Below are positions 31,184 through 41,233 of a stretch of DNA of 64,000 bases, piece after piece. Below the pieces are notes generated by a model. The model did not search any database, had not been told where the DNA came from, and saw only the letters and a list, made by a program, of their open reading frames with translations. Within the stretch, counting starts at the first letter, position 1. Each line of letters opens with the position of its first letter. The stretch comes from an uncultured cyanobacterium (GTDB lineage Bacteria > Cyanobacteriota > Cyanobacteriia > Pseudanabaenales > Pseudanabaenaceae). Location of the stretch: contig OY969811.1 in NCBI GenBank assembly GCA_963703315.1, positions 3,200,001 to 3,264,000 on the forward strand, given 5' to 3'. A program made the translations under genes and the position numbers.

Positions 31184-32734
31184 ATGGATGAGGCTAGCAT
31201 TATCAGTGCGATACAGGCAGACCTTCAAAACTATAAGGTAAAAACCCAAATCCGCCGTAAAGAATCTCAATTACATATTCTGCTCACCAGATCTGATGGT
31301 GACGATCTTGACTATGCCTCCCTCTATGATATTGTGAAACGCCGTATTGATAAGCTAACTATCGAAGGGGCAGATAGTTTAGTTGTATATGGTAGATTGG
31401 CTGGGGCAAAACATCCCGAATGGCAAAAAAAAGCCGAGATTAAGCCGCCTTTGCCATTAATTGAACTTGACCTAGACGAATTAGAAGAATTTGACGATAT
31501 TGGCGAACTAGGCAATCTCACTTTTCCGACAGAAGAAGATGAGGATGAGAATCAGGTTAGGAATTTTGAACTAGAGATGCCTGATAATCTCAAAGACTTT
31601 AAGAATAGTATTGAAAATGATCTAAAAACTGCTACAAAAGCAGCTAATAATACTCAATTTAGCAACCGTAAGAATGAGAACTTTGATTTAGATAATCTAG
31701 ATCTACAGGAGCTACAACTTGATAATTTCAACCAAGATGCTTTTGATATCGATCCTTTTGAATTAAATAGTTCAGATCCTAATTACCTTTCTGCCGTAAA
31801 CAATAAAAAGGTTTGGCTAGAAGAAGATATCAGCTTAGATGCGCCTACTGTGGCAATACCACCAATGCCATTACCACCGCCACCACCCACCAGACGCATC
31901 AATAAGGTAGTTCCTGAGATCGAGGCAGAGCAAGAAACCGAAGATCCGTCTATGAAAACGACGACTATCCCTAAGTCATGGCTCTTGTCGGGTGCTGTGG
32001 CAGCTATGGCGATCGCCGCAGTGGGACTTTGTGGATGGTTGATATTGGAGCGCTCAAACCAGCAACAGTATTTAGATAAAGCACGTGACTTCGATAGTCA
32101 AAATCTTAATCCTCAAAAAATCACGAAGTTAGACACACTGACAGAAACGCGCAACCAATTACAAACGATTATTTCGCAATTAGAAACAGTTTCTGACCGT
32201 CCTGCTTCGCTTTATGCTGATGCTCAGTCTGAGTTAACAACTTTACGACCAAAGCTAGAACAGTTTGATCGCAAGATTAATATTGAACAAGTTGCCAATA
32301 AAAATCTTGATTTATCAAAAAATCTCACCATTGAGGCAGTAAAGTTAACTCAAAATCCCCCACACAAATCAACTGTTTGGAAAGCTGCCCAAGACAAGCG
32401 CAAACAGGCTTTAAAGGTGTTAGAAGAGATTTCTCCAGACTCATTGCTATATCCTGATGCTCAAGCTCGGCTCAAGGCATATCGTGCGGAATTAGTCCAA
32501 ATTAGTAAATGGGTAGAAATCCAACAAAGGGCTGAGTTATCCGCCAATAATCTGACTGCTAATACGATTAATCAGATTAAACAATTTAAAGCTAAGGCTC
32601 CAAGTAAGCAAAAATTTCTACCTCAATGTAAAGTCACTTTACAAAATCAAATCTCTAATGCTGAAGCTCAAAGGGCTGGACTGCCAGCCGTGACTTTAGC
32701 TGAATATTTATGTGCTTATTTCTGGAATTCTTAG
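31184..32734 (+). CDS. Hypothetical bitopic membrane protein (acidic linker, Pro-rich segment, TM, coiled coil)
   Basis: Long ORF with a single TM near the middle. Confidence 0.75.
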   Translation: MDEASIISAIQADLQNYKVKTQIRRKESQLHILLTRSDGDDLDYASLYDIVKRRIDKLTIEGADSLVVYGRLAGAKHPEWQKKAEIKPPLPLIELDLDELEEFDDIGELGNLTFPTEEDEDENQVRNFELEMPDNLKDFKNSIENDLKTATKAANNTQFSNRKNENFDLDNLDLQELQLDNFNQDAFDIDPFELNSSDPNYLSAVNNKKVWLEEDISLDAPTVAIPPMPLPPPPPTRRINKVVPEIEAEQETEDPSMKTTTIPKSWLLSGAVAAMAIAAVGLCGWLILERSNQQQYLDKARDFDSQNLNPQKITKLDTLTETRNQLQTIISQLETVSDRPASLYADAQSELTTLRPKLEQFDRKINIEQVANKNLDLSKNLTIEAVKLTQNPPHKSTVWKAAQDKRKQALKVLEEISPDSLLYPDAQARLKAYRAELVQISKWVEIQQRAELSANNLTANTINQIKQFKAKAPSKQKFLPQCKVTLQNQISNAEAQRAGLPAVTLAEYLCAYFWNS

Positions 32735-32808
32735 AATAATTAGTAATGTGTGGCAAAGCCACGCATTACTAATATTTATGTATTTTGTAACTCTGGATCG
32801 AATTTTCC

Positions 32809-33543
32809 ATGACTTATTCTCTGCGAATTGTCGATATGGCTGAGAGCGATCGCCCTCGTGAGAGATTACTTAGTCAGGGCGTTCGGAGTCTATCTAATGC
32901 TGAGTTAATTGCGATTTTGCTAGGAACGGGGCAAGGTGCAGGGAAACTGTCGGCGGTGGGGTTAGGACAACTGATTTTGCAAACCATTGGCAAAGATCGC
33001 ACTAGTGATCCTGTGGCAGCTTTGCAGTCCGTATCGCCACAGGAACTTATGCAAATCGAGGGCGTAGGACCAGCGAAGGCGACGGCAATTTTGGCGGCGA
33101 TCGAGTTAGGCAAGAGGGCGCTTTACGCGAAACCGCCTGATTTGACGGAAGTTACCGATCCATCGGTAGCGGCGGCGGCGCTGAGTCAAGACTTGATGTG
33201 GCAACCCCAAGAACGTCTGGCGGTGGTGATGCTCGATAACAAAAATCGGATTATTGCCCAACGCATTATCACGATTGGCACAGCGACAGAAACCCTTGCC
33301 CATCCCCGTGATATTTTTCGAGAGGTTTTAAAAAGTGGCGCAGTTCGTCTGATCGTGGCGCACAATCACCCCTCTGGCAATACATCTCCTAGTCCTGAAG
33401 ACATTACGCTCACCCGTCAGTTATTAGAAGCAGCAAGGATGCTGAGTATTCCTCTGTTAGATCATTTGATTTTGGGTAACGGCACTTTTTCGAGCATTCG
33501 CGAAGTTTCGACTTTATGGCAAGAGGTTCCGCAATCAGAGTAA
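32809..33543 (+). CDS. radC: RadC/JAB-domain protein
   Basis: [16 protein letters not shown] and HNHPSG..SPS.ED. Confidence 0.95.
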   Translation: MTYSLRIVDMAESDRPRERLLSQGVRSLSNAELIAILLGTGQGAGKLSAVGLGQLILQTIGKDRTSDPVAALQSVSPQELMQIEGVGPAKATAILAAIELGKRALYAKPPDLTEVTDPSVAAAALSQDLMWQPQERLAVVMLDNKNRIIAQRIITIGTATETLAHPRDIFREVLKSGAVRLIVAHNHPSGNTSPSPEDITLTRQLLEAARMLSIPLLDHLILGNGTFSSIREVSTLWQEVPQSE

Positions 33544-33564
33544 TAACAATTGACTAAGGTGTTG

Positions 33565-33782
33565 TTACACTTCACCAGCTTTTAGCTGGGCGATCGCCTA
33601 TTCTAACCAAAGATTAAGATCGCGATTGTAGAGTAAGTTTTTATAGCCATAGCCAAGCAAGTTAAGACATAAAACCAAAAAGAGAGTGGCGGCGCAAAGC
33701 GCCGCCACTCTCTTTTTGGTTTTGGTTTTGTCCTAACATAACTGACTATATCTATAACAGGCTTGGCTATAGTTTGAATCAT
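33565..33782 (-). pseudogene. Second DUF29 copy, truncated and interrupted by a miniature element
   Basis: Removing the insert gives MIQTIAKPVKNLLYNRDLNLWLE*AIAQLKAGEV, colinear with the DUF29 starting at 35377. Confidence 0.75.
33644..33754. mobile_element. MITE-like palindromic element flanked by a TA duplication
   Basis: TA at 33642-33643 and 33755-33756; imperfect terminal IR; central aaaaccaaaaagagagtggcggcgc-aaa-gcgccgccactctctttttggtttt. Confidence 0.75.
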
Positions 33783-34147
33783 TTGTTCTCTCGCCCCATA
33801 TCAAATCCTTAAAGGCAATAAAGACTAGATATCTTCCCAAAAATCGATAGTTAACAGTGAAGTAATATCACTGCTCAATTGCCATGTATCAGGAAAATTT
33901 ACAGATTTATAACCTGTATTTCTTCTAACTATGCGTAAAGCATCATCAAAAGCATCCTGAAATAACTCAGGATTACTAGCGTAATTTTTTAAACTCGGTG
34001 ACTGTTTGAGAATGTCTCTGAGTGCATTGCGAGTTCTGTCAATAGTTTCCACCCACCCCGCATAGTCATATTCACTTTTGATATAGCAACGCTTTAGCAA
34101 ATGCTCAATTAGCGTAGTCAATCTTTGCTTGATTTCCCGTCTATCTC

Positions 34148-35214
34148 GGCACTGGTCATTGAATTAGTGGTATGAGAAAATAGAGGCAGAGGAAAGGAGA
34201 AAGCTATGGAATGCCCCCACTGCCAGAGCCAAAAGATCATCAAAAATGGCAAACATCACCACCAAGATGGCAAAGCTATCCAGAACTATTTGTGTAAAGG
34301 ATGCGGCAAGAGATTTAGTGAAAGGACAGGAACGCCAATGTCAAGGCTGAGAACACCAGCAAGTGTCGTATCCTTAGCGCTAAAGATGAGGAGTGAAGGG
34401 ATGGGAATCAGAGCCAGTGGGAGAGTCCTCGAAAAATCCCATGTCAGCATCATGAGATGGGAGCAAAAATTGGCAACCCAGTCACAGCAATGGAGTCCAG
34501 ATGCCCCAGCAGGAGGAGATATAACAGTCGAGGGAGATGAGGTTTACACTCGCGTAGGCGAGAACCTTCCCCCCCTCAAAGTCAAAAGGATGGACAGTGA
34601 CATTCATTGAGCGTAAGAGTCGCTATTGGATTGAGGCAAGGGTAGGACTCAAAACCACTGAATTATTTACTAAAGCAACCAAAACAGCATGGCAATGGGC
34701 AAAGGCAAGTCAATACATCCGATGGTTTACCGATGGCGAAAGACGCTATGCCCAACAACTATAGCAAATGGCAAGTGTGCGCCTCAAATCCACTGAAGTA
34801 AGTCGTGAGTATGGACATCGCAAGGTATGGCGACATGGCTTAGAAGTTGCGATCAAAATTAAAAGTTCACAGGGAAATCGTCGGGTCGAATGGCTCAAAC
34901 CTGAGCATCCCTATACGGCTATTAGCGACAAGTGTGACATTCATGCCAATCACAATGAAGCTAACAACAGTGCTTTGAGAAGGAGATGTAGTGCTTATCG
35001 TCGCAGACAAAACCTATATGCGAAGAATACCGAAGGATTACAACGAGCAGTCACTGTGCAAAGATTAGTTCACAACTGGGTGAGACCTCATGTCGGCTTA
35101 GGGAAGAATAAGACTCCAGTTATGGCGATCGGGCTATATCATCGACCGCTTTCCATGCTGGAGTTGCTTTCACTACGAGGCTTTCACTCCCTCACGATTT
35201 AACTGACCAGTGCC
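34148..35214 (+). mobile_element. IS1-family insertion sequence (defective)
   Basis: IRs ggcactggtca/tgaccagtgcc; 9-bp TSD GTCTATCTC at 34139-34147 and 35215-35223. Confidence 0.9.
34206..35202 (+). pseudogene. IS1-family transposase with a frameshift and a nonsense codon
   Basis: CPHC/CKGC zinc ribbon, HTH, EGDE, FTDG and HNEANN; C7 run at 34569-34575; TAG at 34762-34764. Confidence 0.85.
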
Positions 35215-35403
35215 GTCTATCTCTACCAGCCAAACCCTCTAACTCCTCCACGAGATTTTCAATATCAAGATTTTGGAAATCTCCAGCTTTTAACTGCGCG
35301 ATCGCCTCTTTTAACCAAAGATTAAGATCGTGATCGTAGAGAGAGGTTTTAGAAGGTTTGGGTAAGGCTTGAGTCATAGCAGATACTCAACACAGCGAGC
35401 AAA

Positions 35404-36591
35404 TTAACGAATGTACTCTTTTAAAACGCTATTACGGTTAGGATGGCGCAACTTGCGGAGAGCCTTAGCTTCGATTTGGCGGATACGCTCACGGGTGACA
35501 TTGAAGATTTGACCGATCTCTTCAAGGGTTTTCATGCGTCCATCGTCTAAGCCATAGCGCAAACGCAAGACATCACGCTCTCTAGGGCTGAGGGTTCCCA
35601 ACACGCTTTCAAGATCTTCACGTAGGAGGCTCTTAGCAACCTGATCATCAGGGGTTTCACCTTCGGACTCGATGAAGTCACCGAGGCGAGAGTCTTCTTC
35701 CTTACCGATGGGAGTTTCTAGAGATATCGGCAACTGGGCAGATTTGGCGATAAAGCGGAGCTTTTCGATCGTCATCTCCATGCGCGTTGCAATTTCTTCC
35801 TCGGTAGGCTTACGTCCCATTTCTTGAGAAAGTAACTTGGTAGTTTTCTTAATCCGCGAAATAGTTTCGTAAAGATGGACAGGAAGACGAATAGTACGGG
35901 ATTGATCGGCGATCGCTCTCGTAATTGCCTGACGAATCCACCATGTCGCGTAGGTTGAGAATTTATAACCCTTTTCGTGGTCAAACTTCTCAGCCGCACG
36001 GATCAAGCCTAAACTGCCCTCTTGGATCAAATCTTGGAAGGACAAGCCGCGATTCATGTACTTTTTGGCGATCGATACTACGAGACGTAGGTTCGACTGC
36101 ACCATTTTGTCTTTGGCGCGGCGACCAGAGTGGAGGCGTTTGCGAAATTCGCCGAGGGGCATCCCCATTTTGACTGCCCAATCAGGCTCACGCACATCAT
36201 CGGGATGACAATCAATTTCGGTAGCTATTTCTTCACGCTTTAGCTCTAGCTCTAGCAAGTCGGCAATTTTACGAGCTAGCTCAATCTCTTCATCGGCTCT
36301 CAATAGTCGAATCCGACCAATTTCTTGCAAGTAGAGACGAATTGAGTCTTCGGTAAAATGTTTTTTCTTAGTTTGACTGGCTCTTTTTTTAGTTCCCCTC
36401 GTTTTGCCAGCTTTATCAGGGTCATCGTCAGAATCAGCGTCTTCATCTAGGTCATCAATTAAGTCGTCCTTTTCGAGTTCGATTTCATCATCAATATCGT
36501 CAAGGTCTTCTTCAATTTCTTCAAGATTTCCGCCAAGTTTGCCAACAGGCAACTTGATTTCAATAGGTAGGTCGATGGCTGCTTTGCTCAT
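35404..36591 (-). CDS. sigA: Principal RNA polymerase sigma factor
   Basis: [47 protein letters not shown] and [14 protein letters not shown] precedes ATG 36591. Confidence 0.96.
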   Translation of the reverse strand: MSKAAIDLPIEIKLPVGKLGGNLEEIEEDLDDIDDEIELEKDDLIDDLDEDADSDDDPDKAGKTRGTKKRASQTKKKHFTEDSIRLYLQEIGRIRLLRADEEIELARKIADLLELELKREEIATEIDCHPDDVREPDWAVKMGMPLGEFRKRLHSGRRAKDKMVQSNLRLVVSIAKKYMNRGLSFQDLIQEGSLGLIRAAEKFDHEKGYKFSTYATWWIRQAITRAIADQSRTIRLPVHLYETISRIKKTTKLLSQEMGRKPTEEEIATRMEMTIEKLRFIAKSAQLPISLETPIGKEEDSRLGDFIESEGETPDDQVAKSLLREDLESVLGTLSPRERDVLRLRYGLDDGRMKTLEEIGQIFNVTRERIRQIEAKALRKLRHPNRNSVLKEYIR

Positions 36592-36838
36592 GCCAGATTC
36601 CTCAGATCCGAACTGTCTAAAACTTTGTCTACGGGGAATTACACCTAGATGATTGTAGCTTGCCAAACATAAAAATGGTGGTTTGAGCTACTCAGTTAAT
36701 TACGAATATCTTAAATCTAAGAGTTGATGCGTAATTTTTAAATTGGGTATGATCAGTGTAATTCCTACTTATACATTTATAGTCTAACGATGGTAGACCC
36801 GACTAAAAAACTTTTTGATTTTAAAAATTTTTGAGAAC

Positions 36839-37110
36839 TATAGCGTTTCACAGTTTAGTGAAGTAGAGGATTGTTTACCCGCCTTCGGCGGGGAAACAAT
36901 CCTCTATACCTCGCTTGCTTGAAAAGCGCTATATCGCATTTAGGAGCAAGACAAGGGGCTTAAGCCCCTTGTTATAGACTGTTATTTCTCACGACTCATT
37001 GAGGATTGCTATAAGTAGCTAGACATAATTAAAACCCAAAAACTTTTGGCGCACGCTGCGCATGCGCCAAAAGTTTTTGGGTTTTATATTTAATTGCGCC
37101 TAGCGACTTA
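36839..37110. repeat. Chain of three miniature elements sharing TA junctions
   Basis: 36839-36933 (TATAGC..GCTATA), 36932-37013 (caaggggcttaagccccttg core) and 37012-37110 (TAAGTAGCT..GACTTA). Confidence 0.78.
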
Positions 37111-37165
37111 GACACATTTAATCCGTTTAAAGGATACATTTATTAAGTATTATTAAATTTTAATT

Positions 37166-37741
37166 ATGCCTAAGTCTAATAAAGTATCCCTAGCTTCAAT
37201 CGGTTTATTTGTCGGTGGAATCCTCTTTTTAGTTGGCTTTTGGGCTTATGCTAAGGGCAACTCTACTTTAAATTTAATTGGCTTTTTCTATGGGTTTCCG
37301 ATCCTATTGGGAGGATTTGCGTTTAAATCCTCGGAAGTGACACCCGTACCGATAATTATTCCTGAATCTGACGATATTGTGGCTGTACGCAAGGTACAAG
37401 AAACTCCTACACAAAAGCAACTTCGCAAAGATGTGACACGCTATCGCTATGGTATCAAGGCACATTTAGATGAAGTTTTAGAAAAATTAGGGATGCGTCC
37501 CACAGATGAGGAACGTCCTGTCTTGATTGGGATCTATGAGGCAATTTCTCAAGCTGAAGAGTCTAAGGGTGCGTATAGTTTGGTTTTGCGGTTTCAGTCG
37601 CCTTTGATGGGTTTTGATGTTTGGCAACAAAAGCAAGAAAAATTCACACGATTTTTTGGTCCTGGCATCGTGGCATCGGTTACAGAACTGGAAAATAAGG
37701 AGGTTGATTTGTATTTGATTTCGCAGAATGTAGGTGATTAG
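37166..37741 (+). CDS. DUF2854 family protein
   Basis: FFYGFPILLGG, QLRKDVTRYRYG..AHLD and RFFGPG. Confidence 0.88.
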   Translation: MPKSNKVSLASIGLFVGGILFLVGFWAYAKGNSTLNLIGFFYGFPILLGGFAFKSSEVTPVPIIIPESDDIVAVRKVQETPTQKQLRKDVTRYRYGIKAHLDEVLEKLGMRPTDEERPVLIGIYEAISQAEESKGAYSLVLRFQSPLMGFDVWQQKQEKFTRFFGPGIVASVTELENKEVDLYLISQNVGD

Positions 37742-37823
37742 CTTTGAGCGATTAGTTTTTAGAAATTAGCTTTTAGCTAGCTATGAATTACGAATTACAA
37801 ATGAGTTTTAGTTTCTTTTACAA

Positions 37824-38402
37824 ATGAGTTTAGTTTCTTTTGCGGCTTTAATTGCAGGGGCAAGATCTGGGAAATTGGTTAGTTTTCCAACGGATACTGT
37901 CCCTGCTTTGGCGGTGCGTCCCGATCGCAGTGAGGATATTTTTAGACTCAAGCAGCGATCGCCTGATAAACCTTTGATCTTGATGGCATCGAGTTGGCGG
38001 GAATTTCTGCCTTTTATTGATCTGGAGCATTCTGCTGTAGAAATTTGGCAACAAACTGCTCAGAAATATTTTGCAGGAGCCGTTACTTTGGTTTTGCCAT
38101 CGAGCGATCGCGGCTGTCGGTTAAATCAAGGCTTTACAACTCTAGGCGTGAGAATTCCTGATAGTAAAGTGGCGATCGCCATTTTGCAGCAAACAGGAGC
38201 GATGCTGACTACTAGTGCTAATAAAAGTAATGAACCGCCTTTACGCAGCATGATCGAAATTGATCATGCTTTTCCCTCGGTATTGACCTTAGGTGATGGG
38301 ATTGATCTGACTGAGCGATCGGGGAGTGGATTACCGTCAACGGTAGTCGAATGGACGGCGGATGGCTGGCTAGTGCGTCGTCAAGGAGCAGTGAAATTTT
38401 AA
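37824..38402 (+). CDS. tsaC: L-threonylcarbamoyladenylate synthase (Sua5/YrdC)
   Basis: FPTDTV, KQRSPDKPL, GVRIP, TTSAN and PSTVV. Confidence 0.9.
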   Translation: MSLVSFAALIAGARSGKLVSFPTDTVPALAVRPDRSEDIFRLKQRSPDKPLILMASSWREFLPFIDLEHSAVEIWQQTAQKYFAGAVTLVLPSSDRGCRLNQGFTTLGVRIPDSKVAIAILQQTGAMLTTSANKSNEPPLRSMIEIDHAFPSVLTLGDGIDLTERSGSGLPSTVVEWTADGWLVRRQGAVKF

Positions 38403-38436
38403 AAAAGAAAGGGCGCTCAGCGCCCTTTCTTTTTTA
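38401..38436. terminator. Bidirectional terminator-like hairpin
   Basis: aaaaaagaaagggcgct-c-agcgccctttctttttt between convergent genes. Confidence 0.75.
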
Positions 38437-39675
38437 GATGGTTTGCCAGTCTCGTGAGAATTGCTCTAGGTTGGCTGTAGTTAACTCTTTTTCTAGCCAT
38501 TGCAAAGCTGCTACTTGACTAGGAAATTTCTGACTATCGTAGTCCTTAAATACATCTAGCAAGGAAATAGCGATCGCACTTTGCTCTGAAGCCACTGTCC
38601 AACGTTGAAAGAAAAGTTGCATCGTCTGTGGTAGTACAGAGTCTTGCAACTTTTCTAAAGCTTTAACCTGACTTGTGGAACGGGTATAGCTTTTTACAGC
38701 ATCCGTAAGATTGATCAGTTGCAGTTGCGGTGTGCCAGTAGTTGGCGGCTCAGTAGTTTGTGGCGGCGTAAATGGCGTGCCAGTGCCAACTCCTGCATTG
38801 AGATTTGCCCAATCTTGGCGAAACTGGGTAATTGCTTGAGGTAGTAGCTGACTTTGTAGCCATTGCAAAGCCAGATTTTGGTTGAGCATTTGACTACTGT
38901 TGTAACCACTCAAGGCATCTGCTAACGATGTGGCGGTAGTAGCTTGCTCAGAAGCAATTTGCCAACGTTGAAAAAATTGCTGCAATATTTCAGGTGTAAC
39001 ACTAGTCTGCAAATTATTGAACGCAGCCGTCTGATTTGGTAATCTGCCTCGGCTATAGAGATTGGCAGCATCTACGAGACTAATGGCGGCGGCGGTAGGA
39101 ATGGAGGTGGTGGGAGTACCTGTGGTTGTGCCAGTTTGGGGTGGGACAAAAATAGAAGGTGGATTTGAAGTTGTAGGAGTTGTGGGAGCAGGATCGCGCA
39201 CAATCTCAATTACTGGAGGTTGTGGTGTGACATCGGCGATCGCAGGGGCTTGTAATTTTTTCCATGTTTGCTCGCCTACCTTACCATCGACAGTTAAGCC
39301 ATTGGCACGCTGAAAGGCAGCCACTGCATCTCTTGTGCCAGCACCAAAATCACCATCAATGCGCCCTTGGTAATACCCCTTTGCCTTAAGAAGTTGCTGA
39401 GCTTGAGTAACGGTCGCTCCTTGTGAACCAGGTAATAGCGTAGGTAAAGTTGTAACTGGAGGTTTGCTGATCGCCCTTAGTTTAGTCCAGCTAGAACTAC
39501 CAAAAATGCCATCAGTCACTAATCCATTCGCTTTTTGAAATTTTAGAACCGCATTGGTTGTACCAGCGCCAAAATCACCATCAATTTTGCCAGTATAAAA
39601 TCCTTGCTTCTGAAGCAATTGCTGCAACTCAATCACAGCATTGCCTTTACTACCTTGTCGTAAGATTGGATCCAT
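38434..39675 (-). CDS. Peptidoglycan-binding protein (2 x PG_binding_1) with four ~45-aa helical repeats
   Basis: Two DGDFGAGT..AV..FQ.ANGL..DG units; Pro/Thr linkers. Confidence 0.85.
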   Translation of the reverse strand: MDPILRQGSKGNAVIELQQLLQKQGFYTGKIDGDFGAGTTNAVLKFQKANGLVTDGIFGSSSWTKLRAISKPPVTTLPTLLPGSQGATVTQAQQLLKAKGYYQGRIDGDFGAGTRDAVAAFQRANGLTVDGKVGEQTWKKLQAPAIADVTPQPPVIEIVRDPAPTTPTTSNPPSIFVPPQTGTTTGTPTTSIPTAAAISLVDAANLYSRGRLPNQTAAFNNLQTSVTPEILQQFFQRWQIASEQATTATSLADALSGYNSSQMLNQNLALQWLQSQLLPQAITQFRQDWANLNAGVGTGTPFTPPQTTEPPTTGTPQLQLINLTDAVKSYTRSTSQVKALEKLQDSVLPQTMQLFFQRWTVASEQSAIAISLLDVFKDYDSQKFPSQVAALQWLEKELTTANLEQFSRDWQTI

Positions 39676-39795
39676 AAAATTAGCCTAATTTTTCCAAATT
39701 AATATTTCAAGATTGGCTCAAAGTCTAGCAAAAACAAACCCATTCATTTAGGAGGGCTAAGCTTTGTGCTGCCACTTTATGAATGGGTTTGTTTT

Positions 39796-40368
39796 TTAAA
39801 AATAGAGTACACGGGCATCTATTCCTTGCGATCGCAAGAAATGTTTCAAAGATTCAGCAGCATCACGATTTGTATAGCCACCAGCATATATGTAATCACC
39901 ACGTCCTGATTTCGACACAAATGCGTTAGGAATCAAACTTTTAACCTGAGCCAAAGTACTTACCGATCTCATCGGCACTGCGGTTACATAACGATATTGA
40001 GCCGAGTTTTCAATACTAGTAGTTGCCGTATTATTAGGCATATAACTAGGCAAGGTAACAACTGAAGAAGTTGGCTGATAGGCTTGTTGGACGGCGACAC
40101 CTCGCCTTTGCAGTTCTCGCGTCACATAATCTGCGGTAGGAGCATCAAAAGCCCCTGCGAGGATCGCAGTCTGTCCATTAACTGAGGCAACCACAGGATT
40201 AGTAACTACCTGTCTCGCAATATTTAGAGTTACAGGATTATTCCCTGGGATATAAACAAGAGTATTTCCCAATTGGGCATTGGCACTAGCGATCGCTACA
40301 TTCCAAAATCCCAAGCTAGCGATCGCCAAACCGATAGATTTTTTTGTCCAGTCGGGCATCTTCATCAT
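39796..40368 (-). CDS. Secreted protein with SPOR-like repeats
   Basis: Signal peptide (ASANA-Q) and C-terminal AGGYTNRDAAESLKHFLRSQGIDARV. Confidence 0.65.
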   Translation of the reverse strand: MMKMPDWTKKSIGLAIASLGFWNVAIASANAQLGNTLVYIPGNNPVTLNIARQVVTNPVVASVNGQTAILAGAFDAPTADYVTRELQRRGVAVQQAYQPTSSVVTLPSYMPNNTATTSIENSAQYRYVTAVPMRSVSTLAQVKSLIPNAFVSKSGRGDYIYAGGYTNRDAAESLKHFLRSQGIDARVLYF

Positions 40369-40423
40369 TATTTAACCCTTTAACCCTAAAGCGAATTAGT
40401 TGTTCCTAAACCTAAATTAATTC

Positions 40424-40529
40424 TATAGCAATCCCTAGATAATTTTGAAAGTGGTTGCAAGCGAGTTGCAGAGGATTGTTTCCCCGCCAAAGGCGGGGAA
40501 ACAATCCTGTACTTTAGTGAAACGCTATA
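40424..40529. repeat. TATAGC...GCTATA element
   Basis: Core aggattgtttccccgcc-aaa-ggcggggaaacaatcct; contains the rimI stop codon. Confidence 0.8.
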
Positions 40530-41064
40530 AATTCCAACCCTTAGCTAGCAGATTCAAAGATATGGACTCATGCCAATATTCGAGTAATGTTCCAAATTCT
40601 GCTGTATGTAAGCCCTTTCGCCATAACATTAGGGCATCTTCACCCGTTACTTCATAATATTTGGGTCTACGCCCAATTTCTTGAAAGCCAAAACTTTGAT
40701 ATAGGGCGATCGCAATATGATTTGACTCGCGGACTTCGAGGGTTGCCCATTCTAACTGGCGATCGCGAGCTTTTTTAAGTAATCCCCACACTAGAGACTT
40801 GCCAAAACCTTGACCTTGATATTCGGGACGTACTGCCAAAACCGTTATATGTGCCTCCTCAAGCACTGCCCACAGACAACCAAAGCCCAGTAATTCATGA
40901 TTTTCTGTGGTTAGCCCCAAGACGCAACTACTAGGGCTATCAATTTCACGCTGATAAGCCTCTAAGCTCCAGAAATCTCCGAGACAAGCACAATCGATCG
41001 CCCTTAGCTGCGATAAAAATTTTTGATCAATCTCACTTAGATAGATTCGGGTCGATAGACTCAT
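40525..41064 (-). CDS. rimI: Ribosomal-protein-alanine N-acetyltransferase
   Basis: EAHITVLAV, QGQGFG, TLEVRESN..AI.LY and GRRPKYY. Confidence 0.93.
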   Translation of the reverse strand: MSLSTRIYLSEIDQKFLSQLRAIDCACLGDFWSLEAYQREIDSPSSCVLGLTTENHELLGFGCLWAVLEEAHITVLAVRPEYQGQGFGKSLVWGLLKKARDRQLEWATLEVRESNHIAIALYQSFGFQEIGRRPKYYEVTGEDALMLWRKGLHTAEFGTLLEYWHESISLNLLAKGWNL

Positions 41065-41086
41065 GTGCTGTAATTATTTAAATATT

Positions 41087-41168
41087 TATAGCGTTTCACA
41101 GTCTAGTGGAGTAGAGGATTGTTTCCGCGCCGAAGGCGGGGAAACAATCCTCTACAAAAAGCGCTATA
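41087..41168. repeat. TATAGC...GCTATA element
   Basis: Same core as 36839 and 40424. Confidence 0.8.
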
Positions 41169-41233
41169 TGAGGGTATGCAGTCTGAATTACTGAATATCC
41201 TGAAAAAATGCAAGTCGCAAGGATTATCGATCA

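Larger units (their letters stand above)
33825..35377 (-). pseudogene. DUF29 family gene split by an IS1-family element
   Basis: LYDHDLNLWL...LEGLAGRDR joins REIKQRLTTLIEHLLK once the IS is removed. Confidence 0.88.

Noticed and set aside
31103..31270. Long N-terminal extensions of nblS (also guaA, sigA, gyrA) in the ORF track
   Set aside because: They overlap divergent genes or precede better-supported starts; these are longest-ORF artefacts.
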